Below are positions 38,365 to 53,230 of a DNA stretch of 64,000 bases, one piece after another (the first letter of the stretch is position 1; the number at the start of each line of letters is the position of its first letter). Under the pieces are notes generated by a model, which was given only the letters and a program-made list of their open reading frames with translations, was not told the DNA's origin and did no database searches. A program made the position numbers and the translations under genes. The stretch spans positions 26,102,001 to 26,166,000 of the forward strand of contig OX597817.1 in NCBI GenBank assembly GCA_951406725.2, given 5' to 3'. The stretch comes from Octopus vulgaris (Eukaryota).

Positions 38365-40648
38365 AAAATCAAATCAAACCAAATCAAAATAGATGAACAT
38401 CAATGGAATTTGTATCTTTGTGGTTCCAGTACCGGTGGCACACAAGAAAACCATCCGAACGTGGCCGTAGCCAGTACCGCATCGACTGGCCTCCGTGCTG
38501 TGGGCACAACAAACACCATCTGATCGTGGCCGTTCGCCAGCCTCATCTGGCACCTGTGTCGGTGGCACATAAAAACACCATCCGAAGACCCGGCGACGTA
38601 GTCAGTCCACCTGTGCATACCTTCCCTCTTATGACACTTGTGAAGACCTGTTGAGGCAAGTGTGTGACACTTGTGAAGACCTGTTGAGGCAGAGGCAAGT
38701 GTGTGACACTTTGTGAAGACCTGTTGAGGCAGAGGCAAGTGTGTGACACTTGTGGAGACGTGTTGAGGCAAGTGTGTGACACGTGTGACACTTGTGAAGA
38801 CCTGTTGAGGCAAGTGAAAATCAAACCAAATCAAAATAGATGAACATCAATGGAATTTGTATCTTTGTGGTTCCAGTACCGGTGGCACATAAGAAAACCA
38901 TCCGATCGTGGCCGTTCGCCAGCCTCATCTGGCACCTGTGTCGGTGGCACATAAAAACACCATCCGAAGACCCGGCGACGTAGTCAGTCCACCTGTGCAT
39001 ACCTTCCCTCTTATGACACTTGTGAAGACCGGTTGAGGCAAGTGTGTGACACTTTGTGAAGACCTGTTGAGGCAGAGGCAAGTGTGTGACACTTGTGGAG
39101 ACGTGTTGAGGCAAGTGTGTGACACGTGTGACACTTGTGAAGACCTGTTAAGGCAAGTGAAAATCAAACCAAACTTGTGAAGACCTGTTGAGGCAAGTGA
39201 AAATCAAACCAAATCAAAATAGATGAACATCAATGGAATTTGTATCTTTGTGGTTCCAGTACCGGTGGCACACAAGAAAACCATCCGATCGTGGCCGTTC
39301 GCCAGCCTCATCTGGCACCTGTGTCGGTGGCACATAAAAACACCATCCGAAGACCCGGCGACGTAGTCAGTCCACCTGTGCATACCTTCCTACTTATGAC
39401 ACTTGTGAAGACCTGTTGAGGCAAGTGAAATCAAAATCAAATCAAATCAAATCAAACCAAATCAAAATAGATGAACATCAATGGAATTTGTATCTTTGTG
39501 GTACCAGTACCGGTGGCACACAAGAAAACCATCCGAACGTGGCCGTAGCCAGTACCGCATCGACTGGCCTCTGTGATGTGGGCACATAACAAACACCATC
39601 CGATCGTGGCCGTCCGCCAGCCTCATCTGGCACCTGTGTCGGTGGCACATAAAAACACCAACCGAAGACCCGGCAAGACTAGTCAGGCCATAACCCATGG
39701 CCCCTACTTGGGACGTAGTCAGTCCACCTGTGCATACCTTCCTTCCTTCTTGTGACACTTGTGAAGACCTGTGAAGACCTGTTGAGGCAAGTGAAAATCA
39801 AATCAAATCAAATCAAAATAGATGAACATCAATGGAATTTGTATCTTGTGGTACCAGTGCCGGTGGCACACAAGAAAACCATCCAAACGTGGCCGTAGCC
39901 AGTACCGCATCGACTGGCCTCCGTGCTGTGGGCACGCAACAAACACCATCCGATCGTGGCCGTTCGCCAGCCTCATCTGGCACCTGTGTCGGTGGCACAT
40001 AAAAACACCATCCGAAGACCCGGCAAGACTAGTCAGGCCATAACCCATGGCCCCTACCTGGGACGTAGTCAGTCCACCTGTGCATACCTTCCTTCTTGTG
40101 ACACTTGTGAAGACCTGTTGAGGCAAGTGAAAATCAAATCAAATCAAATCAAAACAAATCAAAATAGATGAACATCAATGGAATTTGTATCTTTGTGGTA
40201 CCAGTGCCGGTGGCACACAAGAAAATCATCCGAACGTGGCCGTAGCCAGAACCGCATAGATTGGCCTCCGTGCTTTGGGGACGTAACAAACACCATCCGA
40301 TCGTGGCCGTCCGCCAGCCTCATCTGGCACCTGTGTCGGTGGCACATAAAAACACCATCCGAGCGTGGCCGTCTGCCAGCCTCGTCTGGCACCTGTGTCG
40401 GTGGCACATAAAAACACCATCCGAGCGTGGCCGTTCGCCAGCCTCGTCTGGCACCTGTGTCGGTGGCACATAAAATCACCCACTACACTCTCGGAGTGGT
40501 TGGCGTTAGGAAGGGCATCCAGCTGTAGAAACACTGCCAGATCTGACTGGCCTGGTGCAGCCTTCGGGCTCCCCAGACCCCAGTTGAACCGTCCAACCCA
40601 TGCTAGCATGGAAAACGGACGCTAAATGATGATGATGATGATGATGAT
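38365..40648 (+). repeat. Tandem array of six ~260-450-bp composite units separated by (AAATC)n, ending in SINE C
   Basis: aaaatagatgaacatcaatggaatttgtatc recurs at ~38386, 38833, 39216, 39464, 39815 and 40161; internal ~60-bp and ~30-37-bp subrepeats. Confidence 0.95.
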
Positions 40649-40869
40649 TGCTGATCACAATGCGCTTTAGTATTGTTTTAACCTTTGAATGATACTTCCC
40701 CACTGGCTAGTTGAGCAGACCAATATTTCCCCCCTGATCATTGGAGCAATGCAAAATTAAGTGTTTTGCTCAAGAACTCACCATGCTGCCCAATCAAGGA
40801 ATCAAACCCATGATTTACCGATTGTGAGTGCAATAGCCTAATCACTATGCCATACACCTATATATATGT

Positions 40870-40911
<42 letters not shown>

Positions 40912-40918
40912 TGAGAGG

Positions 40919-40949
<31 letters not shown>

Positions 40950-40969
40950 ATAGATAAATAGATTGATAT

Positions 40970-41120
40970 GGCTTCTTTCAGTTTCCATCTACCAAATCCA
41001 CTCACAAGGCTTTAGTTGACCCAGAGTTATAGAAGACATTTGCCCAAAGAGACACACAGTGGGACTGAACCCAGAACTAAGCCCACAGGAAGCAAAACCT
41101 CTAACCATACAGCCCCACTT
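40970..41120 (-). mobile_element. SINE family A 5' half
   Basis: cttctttcagtttccatctaccaaatccactcacaagg. Confidence 0.8.
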
Positions 41121-41379
41121 GTGCTGATCATATATCTATAATATACGTGTGCATATGTGTGTGTATGCTTATGTATTCTTGAATAGCAGTGTGAATAAAT
41201 GCATTAAACAAGAGTACTGTATTCGATTTTGTCTCGTTGCACTAAAGGTGGTCTTAGCCATTTGATAAGTGACTTTACCTTAGATCTGATCAAGATCTGT
41301 CTCATGTTTATGACACTCATGAGTTTATTCATGTCAACCTCGTCTGCTTCTCTGTACTACCATCTGTTTAATATAAGAC

Positions 41380-41880
41380 TTGAGCTTTTAGATGCATTTT
41401 AAAATCTTCCTGTTCTCAGCAATATGATAAGTTTCTTCTGATCTGTTGTTCTGCATATTTCAACAAAGATGATTCAATTCCTACATATTAAAAGCAGGTT
41501 ACTGCACAGACATTTGATGGAATGCCTTCTGTGATGTTCTAATAGTTGCCATATTTTACCATCAAAAAAAGAACGGACAGGCATATTGAACTGTAGACAG
41601 CAATTTTAGTTTTATTGATTTTCCATTCATTTTTTTTTTTTCTTTAGTTTCACAATGTTGGCAAATCTACCAAATTCTGTCACAGTTTTTCTAATTCCAG
41701 TGTTGACCTCTGTTGCCACTACTTCTCTCTTCACATATTGTAATGACCAAATAGGTGAAGCAAGGATCATTTTTTAAGTCTTCAGCCAATAGTGTGATCT
41801 CTGTAGAAACTTAGTATAGGACATTCATGGCTTTACATTGTTTTTATTTGTATTGAAGTGTTGGCTGACTTTGTTCACTG
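41380..41880 (-). mobile_element. RTE-like LINE RT C-terminal remnant
   Basis: Minus translation segments CFTYLVIT, TKIAVYSSICLSVL and AFH-KCL follow the RTE FxYLG / TKxxxY / FHxxCLR order. Confidence 0.55.
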
Positions 41881-42678
41881 ACGTTTTTATAGGGACTGTA
41901 CATGTAGGCAAACTTTCTTTGTCTTTTCTTATCCACTCATTACTCTTAGCAAAATTCAAATCCAATAACATCTTGTCATTGTTCCATGCAATTTTGAGAA
42001 TAATTTACAAAAGTCCTTGAAATAAGTGTGGTACCCCAGCATGGTCAATGTCTAAAACAGAGAGGTAAAATATAAATTATTTTTATTGTACAGTGAGAAA
42101 ATGTAAATGAAGGAAAGGTGAAGAAAATGGATGTATCAGAAGTGCAAAAACAAAAAAATTAGAAGATGGGAAAGTACAAAAATTTGTATAAAGAGATTGA
42201 ATGGTACAACAATAAAAGAAACGGAGAGTTGGGAGAAAAAGGAAAGTGGAATAAAGTAATTAAAGGAAACAAGGAACAATAGATAAAATGATATGAATTT
42301 AAGTATGGAATGAAGAACTAGAAGAATAAGGAGATGGAAGGAAATAAATAGGCATGAAAGGATGAAAGGAAGAGAATGAAAAAAGAAAAAAGTTGTTTAA
42401 AAAGAAACTAGGAGGAAACATTAAGAGAAGGAAGCGATAACAATAAAATAAAATTGTATGTGTTCATATATATATGTATGTATATATATATATATGTATA
42501 TTATATATATACATCATCATCATCATCATCATCATCATCGGACGTTAAACGATGATGATGATGATGTATATATGTATATATATGTACGTATATGTATGTA
42601 TGTATATATATATGTATGTATATATATATCTATGTATGTATATATGTATATATATGTATGTATATATATATATTTATG

Positions 42679-42717
<39 letters not shown>

Positions 42718-42906
42718 GTACGTATATGTATGTATGTATATATATATGTATGTATATATATATCTATGTATGTATATATGTATATATATGTATGTATATA
42801 TATATATTTATGTATGTGTATGTATATGTATGTATGTATGTATGTATATGTATGTATATGTATGTATGTATGTATGTATGTATATATATATATATATATA
42901 TGTATG

Positions 42907-42941
<35 letters not shown>

Positions 42942-42952
42942 GTATATATATG

Positions 42953-42997
<45 letters not shown>

Positions 42998-43658
42998 CTA
43001 AATAGATGGATGTAGACACACACACACACATACATACATACATACATACATACACAGATACATATTGTTAGACAGATTGACTGATGCAAAGATATTTGTA
43101 CACAAAAAAAAGAAAAGAAAGAAAAAAATTAATCAGAAGAAAGCATGAGACAATGTAGAAATAAAGTCAAAACAGTCAACTGGAACAAGTGCCAAGTTTT
43201 CGGCAGCCTGAAAGACAGGCTATTAATTAATTTACAGTGGTTTGCTTGTCAAATAGTGGAATCAAGGAGGAGAACTTAGCTTTTATTAATTCCACTTAAT
43301 GTTTTGGTGTGCCACCAGGTGTCACTGAGTTCATACCTCTTGACAAATCACATAGGCTAAGTGGCTTGGCTTCCAAACCAAACAATTTTACCTTGTACCC
43401 TGTATCTACTGTGTTTATGTGAACGATATAGTGTGCACATAATAGTATATGAATATATGCACTTAGAAATATATGTGTGCATGCATGTGTGTGTGTGTGT
43501 GTGTACAATCACACACATGCACACACAGACACTCTCTCTCTCCCATTCTCAAGCAAATATATATATATATATGCGGGTGTGAGTGTGCGCATAGCTGTCT
43601 AAAAATCTGAGTCAGAAAAAATAGGTGCTCATGTATTGGTTAAGAATCTGTCTATTTC

Positions 43659-43717
<59 letters not shown>

Positions 43718-43749
43718 CTTTCTTTCTTTCTCTCTCTCTCTCTCTCTCT

Positions 43750-44030
<281 letters not shown>

Positions 44031-44035
44031 TTACA

Positions 44036-44146
44036 TTGCCAGATTAGACTGGAGCCTGGTGCAGCCTTCTGGCTTCCCAGAACCCCGGTCGAACCGTCCA
44101 ACCCATGCTAGCATGGAGAACGGACGTTAAACGACGACAATGATGA
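44036..44146 (+). mobile_element. SINE family C 3' fragment
   Basis: Tail catgctagcatggagaacggacgttaaacgac. Confidence 0.85.
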
Positions 44147-44184
44147 TATATATATATATATATATCATATATATATATATATAT

Positions 44185-44219
<35 letters not shown>

Positions 44220-44260
44220 AGAAAAAAGGTTTGAAAATGCAATTTAAACGATGTTTATTT

Positions 44261-44301
44261 ACTTAACCGGTTTCACTCTTTGGTAAAAGATTGTCAAAAG
44301 T
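44261..44301 (-). ncRNA. Minimal hammerhead motif, U3-A8 variant (left arm)
   Basis: Mirror copy of 47719-47759. Confidence 0.6.
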
Positions 44302-44320
44302 TACATTTAAGGAAACATTG

Positions 44321-44545
44321 AATAATATGGGTTCAAAAAAAGTTTTTTACATAATTGTCACATTGAATATTATGCATTCAAAAAAGTTTTTTACATAATT
44401 GTCACATTGGATATTATGGGTTCAAAAAAAGTTTTTTACATAATTGTCACATTGAATATTATGCATTCAAAAAAGTTTTTTACATAATTGTCACATTGGA
44501 TATTATGAATTCAAAAATGTTTTTTTATACATAATTGTCACATTA
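44321..44545. repeat. 44/45-bp minisatellite x5 (mirrored at ~47478-47700)
   Basis: ttcaaaaaaagttttttacataattgtcacattg units alternating ggg/gca variants. Confidence 0.95.
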
Positions 44546-45718
44546 TTTGGGAAAATTTGGCAGAAAAGGATAAAACAAATATATTATTGGGAATTGGTTG
44601 CGTTAATTATTGGTTGTCGCAAATTGTCACATTACATGTATATATATACAATCTTTGGTATATATATACAGCGTTTTGACAGCAAAAATTAAAATGGATT
44701 TTTTGTCCATCTCAGAATATTTTAAGTATGTTTTTACTGACCTGTCAGTATTAGCAGAAAGGCTGAACTGAGAGAACAGAAGTAGCCAATGTGGTGTATA
44801 CTTCCCCTTTATGCATGAATGATTTTGGGGTTATCAGGAGGTTAGTATGCGGGTGTGAATAGATGTGTCCGTGCCTGCTGGTCAGACAGCGTCTGTTTGT
44901 CACACACATATATATACACACAAACACACACACACACAACAACACACACACACACACACACATAGTATACAAACACAAACCACATACAAACAACACACAC
45001 ACACACAGAACACACACACCCACACACAACGCACCCACATATATCACATATACACACAGCACACAAATATAACATGTATCTATATATAACATACACAGAT
45101 ATATAACACACATACACACACACACACACAACACACGCACACATACATACATAATATAAATATCACACAAATACACCTAGCATATATATATACACACATA
45201 CAATACACACATACAGCATGTAAGTAATATACATACACAATATATGCATGCAATATACATACGCAATACATACATATAATATATATATATATAGACAATG
45301 CATATACATATATACACATATACATATAAATAGTGTTTACATACACATACATAGATGTACCACATATACACACAACACACATACATACAATGCATACACA
45401 TACACGTACGCATACATATAATATATATATACACACACACACACACAAAACATACATACACACACAATGCATACATATATATACACGCAATGCATATACA
45501 TGTATTCATGCACATATAGCACACCTACAATATACATATATACAGTGCACACATACACACAAATATATACACTTAATTGTACACGTACATATACAATACA
45601 CATACATACAATATACATATATACAATGCGCATGCAAATAATGTACATGTTTATACACACATAAACATGCAAATAAATATACACACACACACATACACAC
45701 ACACACATATATATACAC

Positions 45719-45751
<33 letters not shown>

Positions 45752-45758
45752 TATATAT

Positions 45759-45816
<58 letters not shown>

Positions 45817-45858
45817 ATACATACATACATGCACATACATATATTTTTTCACACACAT

Positions 45859-45901
<43 letters not shown>

Positions 45902-46041
45902 CGCGCGTTGTATGTGTTTGTGTGTGTGCAAATGTGTATATATGTGTGTGTGTGTGTGCACTGTGTGCGGGTGTGTGTGTATGTGTGTGTGTGTGTGTGT
46001 GTGAGCATTGTATACGTGTGTATGTATTTACATATGTATCT

Positions 46042-46087
<46 letters not shown>

Positions 46088-47718
46088 TGTGTGTGTATAT
46101 GCATGGTATGTGTGTATATGTTAGTACTTTGTTTGTGTGTATGTGCGGCATGTAGAGATATATTTGAGTGTGTACGCTATAGGTTTGTAATTTGTGTGTG
46201 TGGGGGGTGGTGAATTTTTATATATATATGTGTGTGTGTATGTGTGTGAAAAAATATATGTATGTGCATGTATGTATGTATGTATGTGTGTATATATATA
46301 TATATATGTGTATATATATGTGTGTGTGTGTATGTGTGTGTGTGTATATTTATTTGCATGTTTATGTGTGTATAAACATGTACATTATTTGCATGCGCAT
46401 TGTATATATGTATATTGTATGTATGTGTATTGTATATGTACGTGTACAATTAAGTGTATATATTTGTGTGTATGTGTGCACTGTATATATGTATATTGTA
46501 GGTGTGCTATATGTGCATGAATACATGTATATGCATTGCGTGTATATATATGTATGCATTGTGTGTGTATGTATGTTTTGTGTGTGTGTGTGTATATATA
46601 TATTATATGTATGCGTACGTGTATGTGTATGCATTGTATGTATGTGTGTTGTGTGTATATGTGGTACATCTATGTATGTGTATGTAAACACTATTTATAT
46701 GTATATGTGTATATATGTATATGCATTGTCTATATATATATATATTATATGTATGTATTGCGTATGTATATTGCATGCATATATTGTGTATGTATATTAC
46801 TTACATGCTGTATGTGTGTATTGTATGTGTGTATATATATATGCTAGGTGTATTTGTGTGATATTTATATTATGTATGTATGTGTGCGTGTGTTGTGTGT
46901 GTGTGTGTGTATGTGTGTTATATATCTGTGTATGTTATATATAGATACATGTTATATTTGTGTGCTGTGTGTATATGTGATATATGTGGGTGCGTTGTGT
47001 GTGGGTGTGTGTGTTCTGTGTGTGTGTGTGTTGTTTGTATGTGGTTTGTGTTTGTATACTATGTGTGTGTGTGTGTGTGTTGTTGTGTGTGTGTGTGTTT
47101 GTGTGTATATATATGTGTGTGACAAACAGACGCTGTCTGACCAGCAGGCACGGACACATCTATTCACACCCGCATACTAACCTCCTGATAACCCCAAAAT
47201 CATTCATGCATAAAGGGGAAGTATACACCACATTGGCTACTTCTGTTCTCTCAGTTCAGCCTTTCTGCTAATACTGACAGGTCAGTAAAAACATACTTAA
47301 AATATTCTGAGATGGACAAAAAATCCATTTTAATTTTTGCTGTCAAAACGCTGTATATATATACCAAAGATTGTATATATATACATGTAATGTGACAATT
47401 TGCGACAACCAATAATTAACGCAACCAATTCCCAATAATATATTTGTTTTATCCTTTTCTGCCAAATTTTCCCAAATAATGTGACAATTATGTATAAAAA
47501 AACATTTTTGAATTCATAATATCCAATGTGACAATTATGTAAAAAACTTTTTTGAATGCATAATATTCAATGTGACAATTATGTAAAAACTTTTTTTGAA
47601 CCCATAATATCCAATGTGACAATTATGTAAAAAACTTTTTTGAATGCATAATATTCAATGTGACAATTATGTAAAAAACTTTTTTGAACCCATATTATTC
47701 AATGTTTCCTTAAATGTA

Positions 47719-47759
47719 ACTTTTGACAATCTTTTACCAAAGAGTGAAACCGGTTAAGT
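47719..47759 (+). ncRNA. Minimal hammerhead motif, U3-A8 variant (right arm)
   Basis: actt TTGACAA t ctttt-acca-aagag t GAAAC cg GTT aagt. Confidence 0.6.
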
Positions 47760-47847
47760 AAATAAACATCGTTTAAATTGCATTTTCAAACCTTTTTTCT
47801 TATATAATCCCACTCGTGCGATACCCCACAACTCAACTTTTTTTATA

Positions 47848-47879
<32 letters not shown>

Positions 47880-47897
47880 CATATATATATATATATG

Positions 47898-47950
<53 letters not shown>

Positions 47951-47963
47951 GTATATATATATG

Positions 47964-47994
<31 letters not shown>

Positions 47995-48033
47995 GTATAT
48001 ATATATGTATATATATATATATGTATATATATG

Positions 48034-48064
<31 letters not shown>

Positions 48065-48103
48065 GTATATATATATGTATATATATATATATATATGTAT
48101 GTA

Positions 48104-48169
<66 letters not shown>

Positions 48170-48210
48170 CATATATATATACATATATATATATATACAT
48201 ATATATATAC

Positions 48211-48255
<45 letters not shown>

Positions 48256-48297
48256 TATTCATACATATATATGCATATATGTTTGTATGTATATGTG

Positions 48298-48329
<32 letters not shown>

Positions 48330-49144
48330 CACATACTCACACACACATATATATGCAAACAAAAACACACACATACATACCTATTATATATATTTGCATA
48401 TGTGTGTGTGTGTGTGTGCATGTACATTCTCCAGTAAATGTATCCATCAATATATGCTCTTGTATGAGAGCATAAGCAGCCATTTTTTCTTTTTTCTTTT
48501 TTTTTTTTGAAAATTGAGAAACGTAAATTCTTTCTATTTCTTAAATATTTCAATGATGCTTCCATTAATAAAATTTTTTTTCTCTATAAATATTTGAATT
48601 ATGCTCTCAGTCTGTCTTCTATGAATTTTATAATAAATTTTCTCTTCTCTTTATATGCTTCATACATGAATACTTGTACAGGTAAATATGTGTATACACA
48701 ATTTTTAAGGCTTGACACTTGTTATCCTTCTTTATCTGCATGTTTTTTTAAGAAACTTCCTTTTGATATCCTTAAACACTTTTATCATATGCCTACAAAC
48801 GTACATATATATATAGACACTTCCATAAAACCAGATAAAATTTGTATATATATATGTATATCTATCTATCTATCTATATCTATCTATCTATCTATCTATC
48901 TATATATATATATATATATATATATGATATTGTTTACAATAAACATATACATATAAACAGTAAAATAAATGTTTTGTACAAATGTAGAATATGATAGGAA
49001 GAGAAAATTTAACATGTGACATTCACTCTTTCGGGGTTTCTCACAAAAAGCTTGTTGCTTGGTGATAGACATACGGAATTTAAATTCCTGTAAAATTGGT
49101 CAAAATGAAAACTGCTTATCATCACCATCACCATCATCACCAGC

Positions 49145-49202
<58 letters not shown>

Positions 49203-49627
49203 CCATCATCACCATCAATATCATCATCATCATCATCATCCTCATGTTGCTGATGTTGTTGCCATTGCATAAAAAATATAAATTACTAGATTCTTATATT
49301 TAAAAAAATTTTGCAGATTCCATAGAAATTGTGTCAATGAGAGAGTACATGCTAATTGTTATCTTTGAGGTACATCTTCATTTTCTTGTTCACATACTTC
49401 ATACAACCTCTTCTTGTTTATAACACTTTATTGTTTATTTTTCTTCCATTATTACTATTATCTGGTTTATTCATGCTTTTTCTTAAATAAAAACATGCAT
49501 CATTAAAACAGACTATATTTCACTTTAGGTTACATCACATATTACAGTTTATTTCGATGACACAAGCTCATCTTGATATCGCAAACAAATCTCAGCTAAA
49601 TTGTATATTAACATCTTAAACAAAGGA

Positions 49628-50355
49628 TAGGTGCAGGTGTGGCTGTGTGGTAAGAAGCTTGCTTCTCAACCACATGGTTTCGGGTTCAGTCCCACAGCAT
49701 GGCACCTAGTGCAAGTGTCTTCTGCTATAGTCACAAGCCAATCAAAACCTTGTGAGTGGGTTTGGTAGATGGAAACTGAAAGAAGCCTGTCATATATACA
49801 TACATATATATATATATATATACACACATACACACACATACCTCCTTCTCTTGCACTCTCCTATCTTTGAAAGAACTTTTTCTTCACCCATTCCCTTCCT
49901 GCCATTTCAATATGTGACCGCATGTGTATTGTTGGCGATTTTCTTTCTGTTTTCCTTTCCTTTTTCTATGTTTCTGACGAAGAGCTCCGCTTGAAACGTT
50001 AAATCCTCCTTCTTTCTTTCCTTTCCTGAGTGTCCAATAACACTCTACTTGTTCCACATCCTCACGTTGTGTTTTCTCTTTGTTCATGTTTGGATTAGCT
50101 ATATATATGTGTGTGTGAATACCTATCTATGTTATGTGTATCTTTGCATCTGTGTTTGTACCCTACCACTGCTTGACAACCGGTGTTGATGTGCTTGAAT
50201 CCATGCAACATAGTGGTTCAGCAAAAGAGACTGACAGAAAAAGTACTAGGCGTTTTTTTTTTAAATAATTCCTGGGGTTGATTTGCTTAACTAAAGGCGG
50301 TGGTCCAGCATGGCCGCAGTCAAATGACTGGAACAAGTAAAAGAGTAAAAGAGTG
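49628..50355 (+). mobile_element. SINE family A split by a ~260-bp hammerhead-bearing insert
   Basis: Head 49628-49795, tail ~50140-50355, foreign sequence ~49840-50100. Confidence 0.85.
49970..50004 (+). ncRNA. Minimal type I hammerhead ribozyme
   Basis: gttt CTGACGA a gagc-tcc-gctt GAAAC GTT aaat. Confidence 0.8.
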
Positions 50356-52839
50356 AAGAGTAACCTAAATATAAACTGGAAACTAAAAGTAAAGGGAACA
50401 TATGTCAGCAGGGGCATGGGAACAGGGGTGCAGAGGAGGGTGGGAGCGGGGATTTAAGTGCACCATCTAAAATTTTTGAGGTGTGCAAAATCAAAGTTTG
50501 CACCCCTACTTATTTTTCTCAGGTTCAGAAAACGGCATAAAATGTGATCTATAAAAATAAGCTTGAAGTTAGATTTCTTCTTAAAGAGCAAAAATAGATA
50601 AAAATAAAACAATAAAACCTTGTCAGTAAAAAATTTGGGCCTGGGTTTGGATTCCATAAGCAAATTGGATTCCTGAATCAGTGTATGTCAGTTTGGCTGA
50701 CTAGTTTTCTTATCATTTAATTGAAAATTTATCAACTCAGACACATCTGAGTATTACACACACAAACTTTTACACTGAATATAATCCTTAAGAGACCAGT
50801 GTGGCTGGCTTTTTCCATAATGAATACACTTCACATGGTGTCCAGCTTATCCATTTTCCTGAAAATCCTGGGGTTGATCTAGAGCAATGATAAAACACTT
50901 GCTCATACAGTGAAATAAAATGTTGGATTTCATGATTTTATATAAATTTTCTTAGCCATCTGTGAGTCTGTACACACGAAAACACACCCACTTGTATTTA
51001 TAGATGTAACTAATAATGTGCATATATATTTTAAAATGTTGTAATTTGCTTGAATCTTGGAGATGTTTATAAATTATACAAATGTTTGAAAAAAGCCTTT
51101 TAGCAAAGCAGGTGAAAAGTTAGGCAAAATATTTAAAGCAATGTCATTAAATGAAAACAAAGAAACAAGATATTGTATTACTTTACATAAGTTATTAATC
51201 AGCCTATGATATTTCAGAAAGATTCTTCTTCTTCAAATAGAAGAAAGAAAATGATTTAAAAGTTTGAAGAACTATGTTGTCACTGGATGCTAGAATGCCC
51301 TGTCAGAAACAGAGAGAGTAATTTCCATCCACGTATGTTTCTCTGTGTGTTTTTATCAGGTTGTAATAAAAGTTGACCATTTTTACAATTGAAATAAAAA
51401 TGAAAATGCAGCCTTAAATAGATTTATTTAATCAACAGTCACCATTCCTTTCAATGACATCTCATCTTCCCCTAAGTTTTTGTTATACTCTTTTCATAAA
51501 ATTCATTTGGTTTTGACTCATATGGGATCATATGAGTGTTCGTTAATTTACGTATTTTTTTATTTCTTTATGCTTTGAAGAGAATGTAAATTGAAAGAGG
51601 GGAGAAAGTGAAAAGGTGACATTTACTTTGAAGTGAGTGTAGAAACTGAAAGAGAGGAGAAAGTGAAAGATGCATGTACATGTATATGAAATGGGCGTGT
51701 GTGTGTGTGTGCGCGCGCATGTGAGAAAGAGTGAGTGAGTGAGTGAAGGCATGTGTTGTTATGTATGTATTTTTTGCATGTATGTGTAAGTACACTCACT
51801 CTCTGTCTCTCTCATACACACAAACATTATCTTTCATATACACATACATAAATACATATACATACATCTTTTTTGTATTATGTGTGTTTGCGTGTACATG
51901 TGAGAAATGGAGTGAGTGACTCCAATTCCTCATAACATGTACAGAAACGGATGTCTTTTAATGAAATTGTAGCAGAGATACATATTACATAATAATATGT
52001 GAGTCGACCTGCCCATCAAACGAATATATCAATGAGGCATCTAGCCTCGCTTTGATACAGTAGCCTCGTTCTAAGCTACACTGTAGAAAACTCACAGTTC
52101 CTGCCAGGTTTCGGCCAAAGACACTTGTCTTCTCTGCTGCTCCATGTGCAATCTCCCAGTTACAATTCACATGTCTATTCACCTCGATACAGGATATATA
52201 GTTCGTAAACGAAGATATTTTATCACACACACATTCTCAAAACAATTGTTCTCATTACACACATGCATACATACTATAATACAAATATTATGTGTTACTT
52301 CATTCAGTGCAAAAGCAAAAATCAAAATTTTCTTTGTATATAAACACGCATGTTTTTGTATCATGCTACATGTTTCCACCACAAAAAATACAAATATAAT
52401 ATGTTAATTCGTTCAGTGCAAAAGCAAAAATCAAAACTTTCTTTATATTTCTTTGTATATAAACACATGTTTTTGTATCATGCTACATGCTTCCACCACA
52501 AAAGGTGAACACAGAATAAACAAATATATTTATACACAAAAATGTCTTATGGTGATTCATATTAATTTCCATTTAATACCACTCACTTGAACAGCCAACG
52601 ACAGCTGCTATAAAATGGTTGCGACTTATTTTAATACAATATTTATGTGTACATTTTCATAAATGTTTGTCTGAGTAGAATTCTACGCTCGTGTGAAACA
52701 TCAGACGAAAGTGAAACATTAGGAACAAATCGAAATATTGCCTGAAAATGGCCGCAAAACTGTGCGACCGGACCTCGTTTCCGAGATTATTTTAGTAGTA
52801 CAATGAGTTATTGTGCCAAAACGCAGTTTATTTGGTAGC

Positions 52840-52874
<35 letters not shown>

Positions 52875-53230
52875 GATGATAAGCAGCTTTATTATAGTAC
52901 AGATGTGACTAATTCAGGGAAACATTCGCCCATCGTCACTCTCATTAATGCAGCACAGTAAATTTGGTTCAAATTGAAAGTGTGAAACTATTTTCACTTT
53001 CTAATGAAACCTGGTCGTTGTAAAGCAGCGTCTTTCAAATAACTAAATTTGGTTGCTGAGATAACGTATAAAATATGTAAAAGAAATTAAAGTTTATTTG
53101 ATATATATATATGAATGCAATAATTGTTTCAAAACTTTGATCAATGCAAGTGAAAAGTTAAATAAATTATGCAAGGTGGTGCCAACAATTGGAAACAAAG
53201 AGAAAACATATTGTATTATCTTCCATAGGT

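Larger units (their letters stand above)
44213..47845. repeat. 3.6-kb fold-back element: ~1.6-kb arms, ~330-bp spacer, terminal hammerhead motifs, ~38-nt one-sided tail
   Basis: 44213-~45890 is the reverse complement of ~46218-47806; the visible differences are in microsatellite or homopolymer lengths; both ends abut (AT)n. Confidence 0.95.

Noticed and set aside
38365-40480. CRISPR-like repeat/spacer appearance
   Set aside because: Eukaryotic context, no cas genes, and intervening sequences are themselves repeated.
51968-52164. TGTAG...TTACA segment as a second solo LTR
   Set aside because: Flanks (aaat / attc) do not form a TSD.
52303-52503. ~85-bp local duplication (similar ones at 35421-35530 and ~62356-62511)
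   Set aside because: Ordinary short tandem duplications with no further structure.
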